This document shows, piece by piece, positions 37,481 to 50,507 of a stretch of 64,000 nt of DNA. The DNA is from Veleropilina oligotropha (Eukaryota), in assembly GCA_048128005.1 (NCBI GenBank), contig JBEUKZ010000096.1, forward strand, positions 496,001 to 560,000. Direction: 5' to 3'. The notes beneath the pieces are model-generated. The model ran no database searches, was not told the origin of the DNA, and saw only the letters and a program-made list of their open reading frames with translations. The position numbers and the translations under genes were made by a program. How positions within the stretch are numbered: the stretch's first letter is position 1; every line of letters starts with the position of its first letter.

Positions 37481-39752
37481 TATTGTCCCCCGCCGCCTAT
37501 CGGGTGGACAGGGGACATAGAATCCGCGTTCGTGCGTCCGTCCTTCCCGGATTTCTCACATCTTTTTTTGCCATTTAGATAAATGCAAGATTTCCGAAAC
37601 TTTACAGATGAACTAACCTCATCATTGGGTAGATCAAGTTCGAATATTGGAAATTTATTTTGAAAACTTTATTTTTTTGGCGACTTTACGGCAAATTTAA
37701 AGCATGGATATGGTCAATTTCTCCCATTGTTTTTTCCATTTAGAGAAATACTAGCTTTCTGAAACTTTACAGATTTACTAACCACATCATTGGGTATATC
37801 AAGTTCGAATATTGTGAACTTATTTAAAAAATTTATTGGTTTTTTTTGTGATTTTCAGCAATTTTGAACATAGTCTCTGAAAGCATGGCTGTGATCTATT
37901 TCCCACATCTTTTTTTTCATTTAGAGAAATTGTAGCTTTCTGAAACTGAGCTGAGGGAGGCACATACATGTCCTTCCGATTTGTCGCACCTCCCCCCCAC
38001 CCCCACCCCTCATGCTGCCCCGCCCCCCAAAAAAATTGATGAAGAAGTTACATGATTTATTTTTGCTATGCCTACACACGAAAGCAGTTATTCTGAAAGT
38101 TTAATTATGCCTTGAAATATTGAGGATAGAAAGGAAACAGATATACTGTAGTATGTAAGTATTATGTTTGTATGATGAAAGGGACATATGCTTATCTGTA
38201 AGTTTGCTCACTGCCGATAAGTACAGTAAGCTGTTAAGCTTAATGGTCACTCTGAGAAGCTGGGATTATCAAAATCAGATGGATTTTGAAAACTGGCTTC
38301 CCCATTGGTTTATTCCATGGGTATCTTGAGATGGCAGTATATATTGCCATAACAAGAACACTGTATCTAGTGTCTAATATCACCCTCCTCAACTGGTCAA
38401 GTTTAGCGTCATTATCGGTATACTATTTTGTCATGGATTGGCTGCTAAATATATTTAATCTCGAGCATATAATAATAAGATTTTGTCTTTATTTCTGTTT
38501 CTCGGAAACTAAGTTTTACAATAACTATATCAGGATCAGCACTGCATAGGTAGTACTTCTGAATTCTTACTTTACAAACTGAAAATGTGGCCCTTTTCCA
38601 AGTAAACGTGGATGGGTGAGACATAATTTCGCGGAATTTCTTTTTTTGGTGACTCTTCAGAACTTCTGAACATAGTCTCTGGAAGCATAGATGTGATCTA
38701 TTTTCTCACAATTTTTTTCATATCAAGAATTTCTAGCTTTCTCAAACATTACCGATCAATTAATCACTTCAAAGTTATGAATCACAGTTGTCTGTAACTG
38801 GTTCAAAAGGGCGGGTTTCACCGGGCGACCGGGCTTTCCTCCCGCAATAATATGGACATGTCCTGGTTTGAACCTAAATAGGTTGGAAATATACATGACA
38901 ATAAGCATTGATCCTTTCCTTTTCGAATATGGGGAATGTTTTTTTTAAATTTATGGATTTTTTGCGATTTTGTACATTACAAGTCTCTGCAAGCATGGAT
39001 GTGGTCAATGTTATCACATGCACTTATTTCTTTTTCAGAGATGCTAGCTTTCTGAAACTTTACAGATCAATTAACCCCATCATGGGGTAGATCAGGTTCA
39101 AATATTGGGGATTTTTTTAAACATTGATTAATTGCTGAGTTTTGCTGATTTAAAACATAGTCTTTGGATGTATGAAAGCCGCTTCGGCAGCGCACTGGGT
39201 AAAAGTGTCCACTCTAAATTCCCTGGCTTGATTCCGCTAATGCGAACAGGGGTGGTGGGTTCAATACCTGGCTGAGGCATTGACATTTGTTCAAGTTATG
39301 AATCACAGTTGTCCGCGACTGGCCGAAGAGGGTGGGTTTACCCGGGCGACCGGGGTTTCCTCTCGCGATAACACGGACATATCCTGCCTTGAACCGCGAT
39401 GTTATAAATATACAGGACATTAAGCATCATTCCTCTTCCTCCTCCTGGATGTATGAAATTTATAAATTTTCTCTCAACTAAATTTTCCATTTAGAGAAGT
39501 GTTAGCTTTCTGAAACTTCACAGATCAACTAACCACATAATGGGATGGATAAAGTTCGAATAATGATAATTATTTAATTTATGTACTTGAAGTATATTTA
39601 CACTTAGTCTCTGGGTGCATATCTATCTCTTTAGCCTCTGATGGCAGGAAATTTTTCTTAATTCTCATTGAGTTACTGATACACAGCATGCAAAAATATA
39701 TATGCGGTCAATAATACCGGCGGGGGACAATCGCCACTTAGTGGCAATCACT
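37481..39752 (+). mobile_element. HINE-like element with nested SINEs (~38770-38915, 39178-39445)
   Basis: attgtcccccg / cgggggacaat subterminal IRs, 3' palindrome gccacttagtggc, repeated tagctttctgaaactt units. Confidence 0.8.
39178..39445 (+). mobile_element. tRNA-derived SINE with V-domain-like core
   Basis: gggttcaatacc B box, ggtttacccgggcgaccggggtttcctc core, (tcc)-rich tail; tggatgtatgaaa is duplicated on both sides. Confidence 0.75.
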
Positions 39753-40124
39753 TTATCACTTTATATCATACTTTTGTGTGACAAATTGCTAAAAAAACAA
39801 ACTTGGCTTAGTCTTCAAGTCTGGCTATATATATGGTAAATGATAATGTATAACCTCGACTGCACCGGCATTAATTATTAAATGCTGAATATTTTTATGG
39901 CCCCATAAATTTATTGAGGGGCGTTTATATTTACTCTTGTCCGTACGTCCCGTCTCATCCCGAAAACCAATATTTGCTGCAAGTAACTGCATTCTGCTAT
40001 ACCGGTAACAGAGGGGGCATTCGTGTCCCATGGACACATTTCTAGTTTATTGTAACATTGAAAAATATAACAATAAGAATATTTGTGATTTGCACTGAAA
40101 TAAATAACTTATTTTATTGCACAG

Positions 40125-40388
40125 GCGATCAGCCTATGGTTAACAAGAAGACCCACGTGGACTTCATTTTGTCTGACAAAGACCTACCGAAACAGTGGGG
40201 CGCAAAGGGCAAGGCAGCTAGAGACAACGCGTTATCCCTGAAGATCTTCACTCCACCAGATCTGTACATCGGAAAGTGGCGATTCACCGTTGACATCGTT
40301 AAGAAAGGCAGAGAAGACGACAAGGACTCTGTACATCGATTCAGTAAAGAGGAACCAATCTATATTCTCTTCAATCCATGGAATCCAG
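40125..40388 (+). CDS. Transglutaminase exon 3
   Basis: IGKWRF..IYILFNPW motif; AG/GT borders, phase 1/1. Confidence 0.96.
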
Positions 40389-41150
40389 GTACGTTTATCA
40401 GATGAACCATATTGCATTTGGGGCCCATGGGTTAATGTCTCTAACCGATCAAACAGTTTGTGTTTGGCTGCATAAAAAGTCAATTTTTGTCGACATTATT
40501 TGACGTTAATTGTAATTCCCCCGATAGCTGTCGGAGCATGATATGGTTTAGCGTCCGCCGTGGGATTCCTCCTGATCGCTCTAAAGAGGTCATTTCGAAT
40601 CGGAATGTTTTCAAATTTAGTATGTATATTGGATGGGTGGAGACACAAAACCTATATATTTCTGGTGTAGTCCGACATCCAAGATGGTCGCCATAGCCAC
40701 AATGTTGGAATTTAAAGCATAAATCCTTGTGGTCGCTCTAGACAGGCCAATTCTTAATCGAATGTTCCGTTCAATCTACATTGGTTGGGATGGGGACACG
40801 AAACCTATAGATTTCGAGTGTGGTCTGACATCCTAGATGGCTGCCAACCAGTTTACCCTACCGGGGATACATATGCGGTCACAGGTGACTAAGCATTCTA
40901 GTTTCATATACTTCATTCGAAAGTAGAATCTAAATGGGCAATAGTTTATAATTATTGCGCCCTTTCACCATCATGCACCATCTTTTTGCTGATACTTCTC
41001 TTCTGCGTAATAAAATTGTTTCGTATTTTGAACAAAAAGTGTTTTGTTAAATTAATTAGTAGTGTAATACATTGATAATTGGAGCTTCAGTTTACAATAA
41101 ACGCGAATTGTGTATGGAGGCTTGCACACTGCAGCTGTGGTTTTTTTCAG

Positions 41151-41269
41151 ATGACCAAGTTTACATGCCGGACACCAATAAATTAAACGAATACATCCTC
41201 AATCAAATGGGAAAGATCTACATCGGAAACTGTAAGCAGATCTCATCCCGACAGTGGAACTTTGGTCAG
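41151..41269 (+). CDS. Transglutaminase exon 4
   Basis: DQVYM..EYILNQMGKIYIG..WNFGQ; phase 1/0. Confidence 0.96.
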
Positions 41270-41618
41270 GTGGGTTTAAATGAACGAAAATATCTAACTA
41301 TATGATATGATGTATTCTCTTCGTTCACCTCACACTTCGAGAGCAGCCCTCTGGATGAGGATGACTATTTGGTAGTGATACCAATTATGTACAATATATA
41401 TATATACCTGTTGAAATAGTTGTTAATACATTTAACTGTAAATGGAAATTATTTTCACCAATGTAATATTCTTTCGAATAACTCTACATTTGACTATGTC
41501 CGTAATTATAGTTTGTCCCAGTTATTTCACAACTAATGAGACCATTTCTCAGATTTTGTATAGAAACATTATTATTATTCTAGTGCTGTTATGGATTCTG
41601 TTGGACTTTTTCTTTCAG

Positions 41619-41726
41619 TTTGAGAGTGTCATCTTGGACTGTGCCATTGATCTACTGGATAACTCTAATATGCCCATGACCTCGCGAGGAGATGCTGTGC
41701 AACTGGCACGCAAAATATCGGCATTG
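41619..41726 (+). CDS. Transglutaminase exon 5
   Basis: FESVILDCAIDLLD..RGDAVQLARKISAL; phase 0/0. Confidence 0.95.
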
Positions 41727-43109
41727 GTGGGTAATATGCAAAATTTTTGTGTTACATTTTTTTCAAGGTTCTGTGTTTGGGCATCATTCGTTTTGTATAT
41801 GTCTTAGCCGTGGTAGATGCACTGGCCTCTCATTGAGAGGTTTGGGGCTCAACCCCGATCCCGGCGACTTCCCTTGGGCAAGGAATTATGTCTCCCCTAC
41901 CCTGCGGGGAGACATGTTGTTTTTTGTACCGTCCGTCCATCCGTCAAGCTTTGGTTTCTGGACGATAACTACCGTTCCCTTTCAGCAACTTTGTTCATAT
42001 TTGGTACACAGGTTGCTTATGAGGAGATGTCGCTTGGGATTGCTTTTCAGGTCGGTGCGCCAAAGGTCATGTGATCTGTTACTAAAAATAGAATTTTGGC
42101 TCCGATTTGGTTTCCGGACGATAACTACCTTTCCCTTTCAGCGATTTTGTTCATATTTGGTACACAGGTTGCTTATGATGAGAGGTCGCTTGGGATTGCT
42201 TTTCAGGTCGGTGCGCCAAAGGTCATTTGATCTGTAACTAAAAATAGAATTTTGGCTCCGATTTGGTTTCCGGACGATAACTACCTTTCCCTTTCAGCGA
42301 TTTTGTTCATATTTGGTACACAGGTTGCTTATGATGAGAGGTCGCTTGGGATTGCTTTTCAGGTCGCTGCGCCAAAGGTCATTTGATCTGTAACTAAAAA
42401 TAGAATTTTGGCTCGGATTTGGTTTCTGGACGATAACTACCGGTCCCTTTCAGCGATTTCGTTCATATTTGGTACACAGGTTGCTTATGAGAAGGGGTTG
42501 CTTATGATTGCTTTTCAGGTCGGTGCGCCAAAGGTCACATGACCTGTGGCTAAAAATAAAATTTCCTAAATTTTCGATTGTGATTTGCTTTCTGGACGAT
42601 AACTACTGTTCATACTTAGCGAAAATGTTCATATTTACCAGGCAGGTTGCCTATCAGGATAAGACCCTTGGAATTGCATTTGAGGTCAATCGCTTAAAGG
42701 TCACATGACCTGTTGCTAAAAATAGAATTTTGATTGCGATTTGCTTTCCTGTTCATTACTAAAATTCAAATTTAGCAATGTTGGTCATATGTACCAGGCA
42801 GATTGTCTATGAGGAAAGGATGCTTGGGATTGCGCTTGAGGTCAATCGGTCAAAGGTCACATGGACTGTTGCTAAAAATAGAATTTTTCAGAAATTTGAT
42901 TGTGATTTGTTATCCAGGCAGTTACTACCGTTTCTTATTTAGCAGGCAGGTTGCTTATGAAGAAAGGATGCTTTGGACTTGCATTTGAGGTCAACCCTTA
43001 CGTAAATGAAGCGCGCGCTTCACTGAAGCGCGCGCTTCATCTGCACTTCAAACGCACTTTAACTGCACTTCATTTGTAAGTAATTGCGCTTCATTTGCGC
43101 TTCAAAAAT

Positions 43110-43695
43110 TAGATGCACTTCATCTGCGCTTCGAATACTTTAACTTTTTACGACATGCACTTCAATTGCGCTTTAAAAACTTTGCAGATTTCAGATAGCA
43201 CTTCATCTGCGCTTCTAATACTTTAGCTTTTTACAACATGCACTTCAATTGCGCTTTAAAAACTTTGCAGATTTCAGATAGCACTTCATCTGCGCTTCCA
43301 ATACTTTAACGTTTTACAACATGCGCTTCAATTGCGCTTTAAAAACTTTGCAGATTTCAGATAGCACTTCATCTGCGCTTCTAATACTTTAACTTTTTAC
43401 AACATGCACTTCAATTGCGCTTTAAAAACTTTGCAGATTTCAGATAGCACTTCAACTGCGCTTCAAATACTTTAACTTTTTACAATGTTCACTTCTAAAA
43501 CTGTTGAGATTTAAGATAGCGCTTCATTTGCGCTTCCAATACTTTAACTTTTTACAGTGTGCACTTCAATTGTGCTTTAAAAACTTTGTAGATTTCAGCT
43601 AGCGCTTCATCTGCGCTTCCAATACTAACTTTTTAGTTTTTACAGTGGGCACTTTAAAAACTTTGCAGATTTCAACTAGCACTTCAACTACTTTA
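43110..43695. repeat. 83-bp tandem repeat (~7 units) in the left subterminal region
   Basis: tttgcagatttcagatag at 43181, 43264, 43347, 43430. Confidence 0.93.
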
Positions 43696-44444
43696 ACCGG
43701 GGGGATAAAAAAAGTTATCAGACAGTTTCGGAGTTATTCACATTTGAAGTCAAACTTGTCATGGAGTGGATTTTCGAAGTCCAAAAAGGTAAATTTCCGA
43801 AAAACCGTGACGTAGAATTTTCTAATATTTCAGGATATGATCAGAACATCATAATATAAGGCTCATGCCAAAGTATGCAAAAAGTTATCAGAGACAGTTT
43901 CGGAGTTATTCACATTTGAAATCAAAACTTGTCACAGAAGTGGATTTTCTATGTCAAAAAAGGTAAATTTCAGACAAACCGTGATGTAGAATTTTCTAAT
44001 AATTTCATGATATGTTTAGAACATCATATGCCGCCGTAGCTCAGTGGTAGTGCACTGACCTCTCATCGAGAGGTTTGGGGTTCCATCCTCGATCCCGGCA
44101 AGGAATTTAGCATATATGTGCCTCGGTTCACCCAGCAGATTTAAGATCAACCGCCGAATACGGGAGCCATTGTTTATTTGCACGGACTTCACAAGCCATA
44201 GTGCAGCGATTGCTTGTCTGAAATTGACAACTCATTTTTAAGGTAGCTTGTAAAGTTAAATCGAAAATATCTGCTGTCAACTATCTGTATGTACCATTCT
44301 ACATAGTACGACAGGCAAAAAAGGAAAAGGAACAAAAGTAGCCCTAATTGCATATTTATAAAGGCACCCAAAATACATAGCCAAAACTCAGACTCAGACT
44401 GGGACACAGACACTGAAGCTGATCATATTATCCAAAATATTAAC

Positions 44445-45098
44445 ATGGCGACGGTTGATGTGCTAGCGCTCGCAAAGCAGCTGAAAGATATTTTGTTACC
44501 TGACATTTGCCTCTACATCGACAACGCTAATAAAAAGATTATGCGAGAGTTGAAAAGTGAATTGTCTTCGATAAGGGAAGAAAACACCTCGCTAAAATCT
44601 GAAAATGCCACATTGGCATCCAAAATAGACGATTTGGAACAATATACCAGGCGTAATAGCTTACGAATCTCAGGAATACCAGAGGAAAAAGGCGAAGACG
44701 TTGAAAAACTAGTCATATCGTTAGCAGAACAAATAAAGGTCCAAATTGCTAGTACGGAAATTGACAGGGCACATCGTACCGGCCCCCCAATATCAGGAAA
44801 AAATCGTCAAATCATCGTGAAATTTACGAGCTATAAGGCAAGACGCCGTCTCTACAAATCACGTTCTCTTCTTAAAGATGTTACCAATGGTAAATCGATT
44901 TTCATTAACGAAGACCTTACGAAATCGAAACATAAGCTCCTTATGGAATCTTTAAAATTAAAAAAGGACTCACGCATAAATCAAACCTGGACATCGGACG
45001 GAAAGCTGTTCATAAAGGACAATAATGAAGTTATTCATATTGCCAACAACATGAATGATATTCAATATTCGCCTAAACTTGAGTCAAAAGACACCTAA
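44445..45098 (+). CDS. LINE ORF1 protein (coiled coil + RRM-like + C-terminal domain)
   Basis: LEQYTRRNSLRISGIPE, IDRAHR, IIVKF, IFINEDLT, WTSDGK motifs. Confidence 0.92.
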   Translation: MATVDVLALAKQLKDILLPDICLYIDNANKKIMRELKSELSSIREENTSLKSENATLASKIDDLEQYTRRNSLRISGIPEEKGEDVEKLVISLAEQIKVQIASTEIDRAHRTGPPISGKNRQIIVKFTSYKARRRLYKSRSLLKDVTNGKSIFINEDLTKSKHKLLMESLKLKKDSRINQTWTSDGKLFIKDNNEVIHIANNMNDIQYSPKLESKDT

Positions 45099-45478
45099 AA
45101 TAACATAAACATCTCGTTGTTAACTTGATTCAATGTTTTGTCTTAAATACATAACGTATTTGAAAAAAAAAAAAATGATACATATTTTAAATGTATCGGA
45201 GCATGGTTGACGGTTGCATCCTATATACTGTAATTATTATGCATTTATTATTTTATCTATTTTGTACCGCCGTGGAACTACTTTCTCTTTTGCACCCTTA
45301 ACTTAAATGTGTTTGCATTTTTGTTATTTTTTTGTCGTCATGTTCATATCTTCATTATTATATTCGAGTAACATAGTGGCAGCTTCCATTGAATCGATTC
45401 GAATGCACTTCAAATTTCAAGCAAATTTGTGTTTCCAATCCGACTGTGAACATTATTTTTATCAATTTTATCACTTAA

Positions 45479-48400
45479 ATGGCGATTGATGTAGCTCTTT
45501 ATAGGACTCGGATTGGAACATTTTTGAGTCGGGTTCGCAGTTCATCTTTAAACCATAGTGATGCTCTATCTTGTCTGATGTTATATTATGTATATAGATA
45601 TGGTTATGCTGGTTTCATGATATCATTCTACAACCTCTTGGTACTACATATACTCCCTCAGCTTCGGCCGAAAATGTTCTCAACAACAAATATCACGATG
45701 TTTCATGTTTATGCAAGCAATAATATTACGCTGTTTGGTCTAGCCATTCTACTATTTCTGATAAAATATACACTTCTCCAACAATGTGGAGACATAGAGG
45801 TAAACCCCGGGCCATCTGTCAACCATTCAAATTTAGCGTGTATCCATGTAAATATACGTGGAGTCCGTAATAAATTATATATTATAGAAGCTGAATTAAA
45901 CCAATATGACGTCATTACTTTGTCTGAAACATGGCTCGACCAAAATGTAACATCCGATCAATTACGGTTACCAGGATATCACCCAATATTTCGGAACGAT
46001 CGAATAGACCGATTAGGTGGAGGAGTAGCTACATATGTAAAAGAACATATCATTTGCAAGAGAAGAGCCGAATTTGAAATCCCTCAATTAGAAATGTTAT
46101 GGGTAGAAATAAAAACGCCGAAAAACAAAATATTATTTGCTACTTGTTATAAGTCACCGAATAGCTCTCCTATTTCATTCGGTTTACTCGAAGATTCGAT
46201 CTATTCGGCGATGGATTCCGGAATAGAAAACCATTTAATAATGGGTGATTTCAATGTAAATTTACTAGTACATACTAATTCACCAATATTAACTATAGCA
46301 AATCAATATAATTTAACTCAAATTATTAATGACCCTACCCGAATAACGAGTACATCTTCTACATTACTTGACTTAATAATGCTTAATAATCCAAATCTTG
46401 TTGATGCTTCAGGTGTCTTGGACCCTATATGTAGTGACCATTGTCCAGTATTCGTCATATTGAAAATGAAATGTAATTTATCTAACTCTTCACTGAGACA
46501 AATTTGGGATTACAATTCTATAAATGTAGAAGGTCTTCGACAGCATGTAGCGTCTCATGATTGGGCATCTCTTTTAAACATCGAAGACATTGATCTTTCT
46601 TCTAAATTGTTGTTTGATCATCTTGAAGATGCAGTAAAGTTATATGTACCCTGCAAAACTATTACAAAACGAGTTAATGACGTACCATGGATGAATGGTT
46701 ACTTGAGGAGATTGATTCGTCACAGAAATCGTTTACACAAAAAAGCTAAAACAAGAAACTGTCCAAGAATTTGGCAACACTTTAGATATGAACGAAATTA
46801 TGTTATTACAGAGTTGCGTAGGGTTAAACGCGAATATTATCAATCAATATCTGATAAAATAAATGACAACTACCTATTTGGTAGTAAAGAGTGGTGGAAA
46901 TTAGTTAAATCACAGCTTTACTCGTCCAGACCAAATCGCGAAATTTCTTCATTAGTTGTCAATGACGAGATTATCGATGATAGTACTGAAATGGCTGAAA
47001 TATTTAATGATTATTTTGTAAGTCAGGCAACTGTAATTAATAATGACAAACACCTTGTAAATATTCCAGTGGCATATTCTTCTTTAAGTCAAATTTCTAT
47101 ATCAGATCAAGATGTTAAAGATATCCTAAAATCTCTAAATACCAGTAAAGCATGTGGCCCAAATGATATAAGTAATAAATTTTTTAACAACTGTTCAGAT
47201 GAATTGGCCCACCCACTGGCGTTATTATTTAACGCCTCCTTGAATAAAGAAAAATTTCCTAATTCTTGGAAGAGTGCAAATGTGATGCCTTTATATAAAA
47301 AAAAGAATAGAACCATGTGTAGTAATTATCGTCCCATAGCACTGACAAGTTCGATAAGTAAGATTTTCGAAAAATGTGTTTACAAATACATTTTTTTCTC
47401 TCAAATAACCGTATAACTTCTTTACAGTCTGGTTTTACACCTGGTGATTGCACTGTAAACCAACTTTTAGACCTATATAATTTTATATTCAAGGCTATCG
47501 ATGATGGAAAGGAGGTCCGAACTGTCTTTTGTGATATTTCAAAAGCATTTGATAAAGTCTGGCACAAGGGCCTCATTCATAAATTACACGGGATAGGTAT
47601 TCGTGGCAAACTATTAAACTGGTGTGAAGATTATCTCAAGGATCGTCGTCAAAGGGTAATTCTAAATGGAAAAACATCTAAATTTCAATCTGTATCAGCT
47701 GGTGTGCCGCAGGGATCTGTGTTGGGACCATTATTCTTTCTTGTCTATATTAACGATATTGTAAATGATTTACAGTCAAATGTCCGTTTATTCGCTGACG
47801 ATACATCTCTATATATTGTAGTTGAAAATGCCTCGGCATGCTCTGATATTCTTAACTCGGATCTAAACAAAATATATATCTGGGCCGAAAACTGGCAAGT
47901 TGAGTTTAGTCAGGAAAAGACGGAATCGCTTCTGTTTTCCCATAAACATGCTCCTGTAAATCACCCACCTTTATATATGAATACTTATGCCTTACGGGAG
48001 GTATTTGAACATAAACATCTCGGGGTTTACTTTCAAAAATCAGCAACATGGGACATTCACATTGAGAGCCTTTTGAAAAAATCGGGGTCTCTCGTGTGTG
48101 TATTGCGCAGCTTGAAGTATAAGCTTTCTAGGAGAGCACTAGAAACTCTATATAAGTCTTTTATATTACCTATATTTGACTATGCTGATGTATTATGGAA
48201 CAATTGCACTACTCGCCAATCGCAAGTTTTGGAAAACCTTCAGTTGGATTGTCTTCGGTCGATCATTGGTGCCGTTCGTGGCACAAGCCATACTTCATTA
48301 TACTCCGAGTCTGGATTCGTAACACTAATTGAAAGGCGTAAGCGACATAAACTCATATTGTTTTATAAAATAATGAATGGTTTGACTCCTTCGTACATGC

Positions 48401-48951
48401 GTTTCTTAATGCCGCCAAAGGTAAATGTTAGAACCGAGTATTCGTTGAGAAATTCCCAAAATATTACTCAATTACATGCGAATACACGTTTTTATTCTGA
48501 TTCATTTTTCCCTTCTACTATAAAATTATGGAATGAAACTGATATTGCCTTGAGAAATGCTGATACATTATCGACGTTTAAAATGTTATTAAAATCTAAA
48601 GACAAATCGGTACCTTCGTATTATTATCGTGGTAAGAGAAATGCACAAATTTTACATGCAAGACTAAGATTAAACTGCAGTGATTTAAAGACTGATATGT
48701 TTATGCGATTCATTTCGGATGATGCATCTTGCAACTGTGGTTATTACTCTGAAACAGCTGAACACTATTTGTTGTATTGTCCTCTCTATGAAATGCAGAG
48801 GGTTTCTTATTTATCAACTATTCCATTTCATATGAGACGAACTGCATTCCTTTTGCATGGTAATCCCGACCAAAATCTGAACACAAATGAAGAAGCATTC
48901 GAACATGTTCAAGACTTTATTATAGCTACGGGGCGGTTTTTGTCTCGTTAG
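45479..48951 (+). pseudogene. LINE ORF2 (2A-like - APE endonuclease - RT - CCHC) with one frameshift in the T-run at ~47391
   Basis: GDIEVNPGP, SETWL, GDFN, SDH; QGSVLGP, FADD; CNCG..EHYLLYC; split between ORFs 45479-47416 and 47374-48951. Confidence 0.93.
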
Positions 48952-49503
48952 TATTATCGTAATATATTGTCAATACTTGTTGTTTTCGTTACTCTGTTTT
49001 ATCCTACTATTACTATTTTCCTATATAACAATTATTTTGTTACTATCATATTTTTGGCAAATCGAAACGATTCATTCATTTTTGAACTAGTATAGCATTA
49101 CAAATTTATTAATAGTATACTTAGACATCATCTATCATATTCATTCAGTTTATCATATATAGTTTTGTGCTCTCATGTTATTTTATTGTATTTTAAGTTG
49201 TAATTATAGGAGAGATGTTAGCATAGGCAATTTGCCTGTTCGTCGATCCTTTTGATGTAGGTTTACGTCAATAAAATATTGTTTAAATCAAGATCAAAGT
49301 GGGTACCTGGTTGGCACTGCGTCTATAAATGGCAGCTCGGCTGGAATGCTTTCAAAGAGAGTTGAGATGAAATATCGAATAGAACAGGCCGGTAACCGGG
49401 GAATAATAATGATGTAGCGCTTTGAGCAAGCATTCGTGTATGGAAAGGCGCAATATAAAAAGTCCCATTATTATTATTATTATAAGGAAGGCTCATGCCA
49501 AAG

Positions 49504-50324
49504 GGTTTCTGGAGGTTTCGCCCCATTACTGGTTCGCTCTACGCTAAAACTGTCTCATGAGGTTTCGCCCCAACTCTAAAATCTGTACTTCAACAAGACA
49601 AAATATTACACAACTATAACATGACATTAAACGCTTACTATTTATACACCTGGGCATATTTTTGCTGTTTTGGTTTGTTCATCATGTATAAATCGTTGTG
49701 TTAAAGATTGTAAAATGTACGCTGGTTCTACGTCGCCATTTGCAAATAAAATATTTCCGTGTACAGTTTCGTATTTTAACTGAGAGATTATTGTATACAT
49801 TCATTGTCTGTTCTGTATTATTTATACGTTATTTGAAATGTAGTATCATTATGTGGTGTGTTGGCATGCATTGGTCCTCATATTTAAACCAAGAAAATAT
49901 TTCCTGATTACTACTCACCTGATAATCCGGTGGATAATCTATGCAGCAAAACGATTCCTGATTACCACTCACCTGACAACACACCTATCCAATTGCAATT
50001 AATCTATTTTAATATTTTGAATACCATTCTACTTTATTATGAACTAATTGTCACTCACTTTTCATGCATATGCCAAAATAAAATGTAGTAATTTTATCCA
50101 TACATATATAATTTTCAACGAAAATATTTCTATATTTTCAATGAAAATAACTTTGTTTTGAATTAATTGTCACTCACTCATGCAAATAATTTATTTTCAA
50201 ATGAAGGTATGTATTTATCGTATATATTTTTTATTATTATGATACTTATAATTAAAATAATAAAGTGTGGCGAAACCTCCACGACTTTGGAGCGAAACCT
50301 CATGGGGCGAAACCTCCAGCTACC
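49504..50324. mobile_element. Mutator (MULE)-like MITE with 9-bp TSD ATGCCAAAG
   Basis: TIRs ggtttctggaggtttcgccccat / atggggcgaaacctccagctacc; TSD at 49495-49503 and 50325-50333. Confidence 0.88.
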
Positions 50325-50379
50325 ATGCCAAAGTAGGAATTTATTTTATCAGAGTTTGATATTCACATTTCAAGTCACA

Positions 50380-50507
50380 GGAGCCTGGATCGCTGTTTAA
50401 CATTCGTCTGTTCGCGTTTGACGATTAACGCAGTTCATTGTAGCTGTATAATATAGACTATGTCGTCAAACGTGAACAGACGAATGATAAACAGCGATCC
50501 AGGCTCC
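50380..50507. repeat. Palindromic MITE-like element (~45-bp arms)
   Basis: ggagcctggatcgctgtttaacattcgtctgttcgcgtttgacga and its near-perfect inverse. Confidence 0.8.

Larger units (their letters stand above)
44151..49289 (+). mobile_element. Full-length CR1-group (CR1/Zenon-like) LINE, 8-bp TSD AAGATCAA
   Basis: TSD at 44143-44150 and 49290-49297; ORF1 + ORF2; 3' end aataaaatattgtttaaatc. Confidence 0.93.
44030..49483 (+). mobile_element. CORE-SINE split by a LINE (44030-44150 and 49290-49483)
   Basis: tagctcagtggtag A box; continues as gggtacctggttggca after the LINE; (att)n tail; itself interrupts ~167-bp units starting at ~43710. Confidence 0.9.

Noticed and set aside
34074..42988. ORFs such as 34074-34505, 35198-35419, 41692-42237, 42508-42708
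   Set aside because: Translations of satellite/HINE repeat units within introns.
43110..43695. Regular repeats resembling a CRISPR array (also 41950-42990, 34480-36300)
   Set aside because: The units are full tandem copies with no unique spacers, there are no cas genes, and the context is a eukaryotic transposon.
44030..44100. tRNA-like sequences (also 23198, 41806, 54890-54957)
   Set aside because: No complete cloverleaf; each continues into a SINE body and tail.
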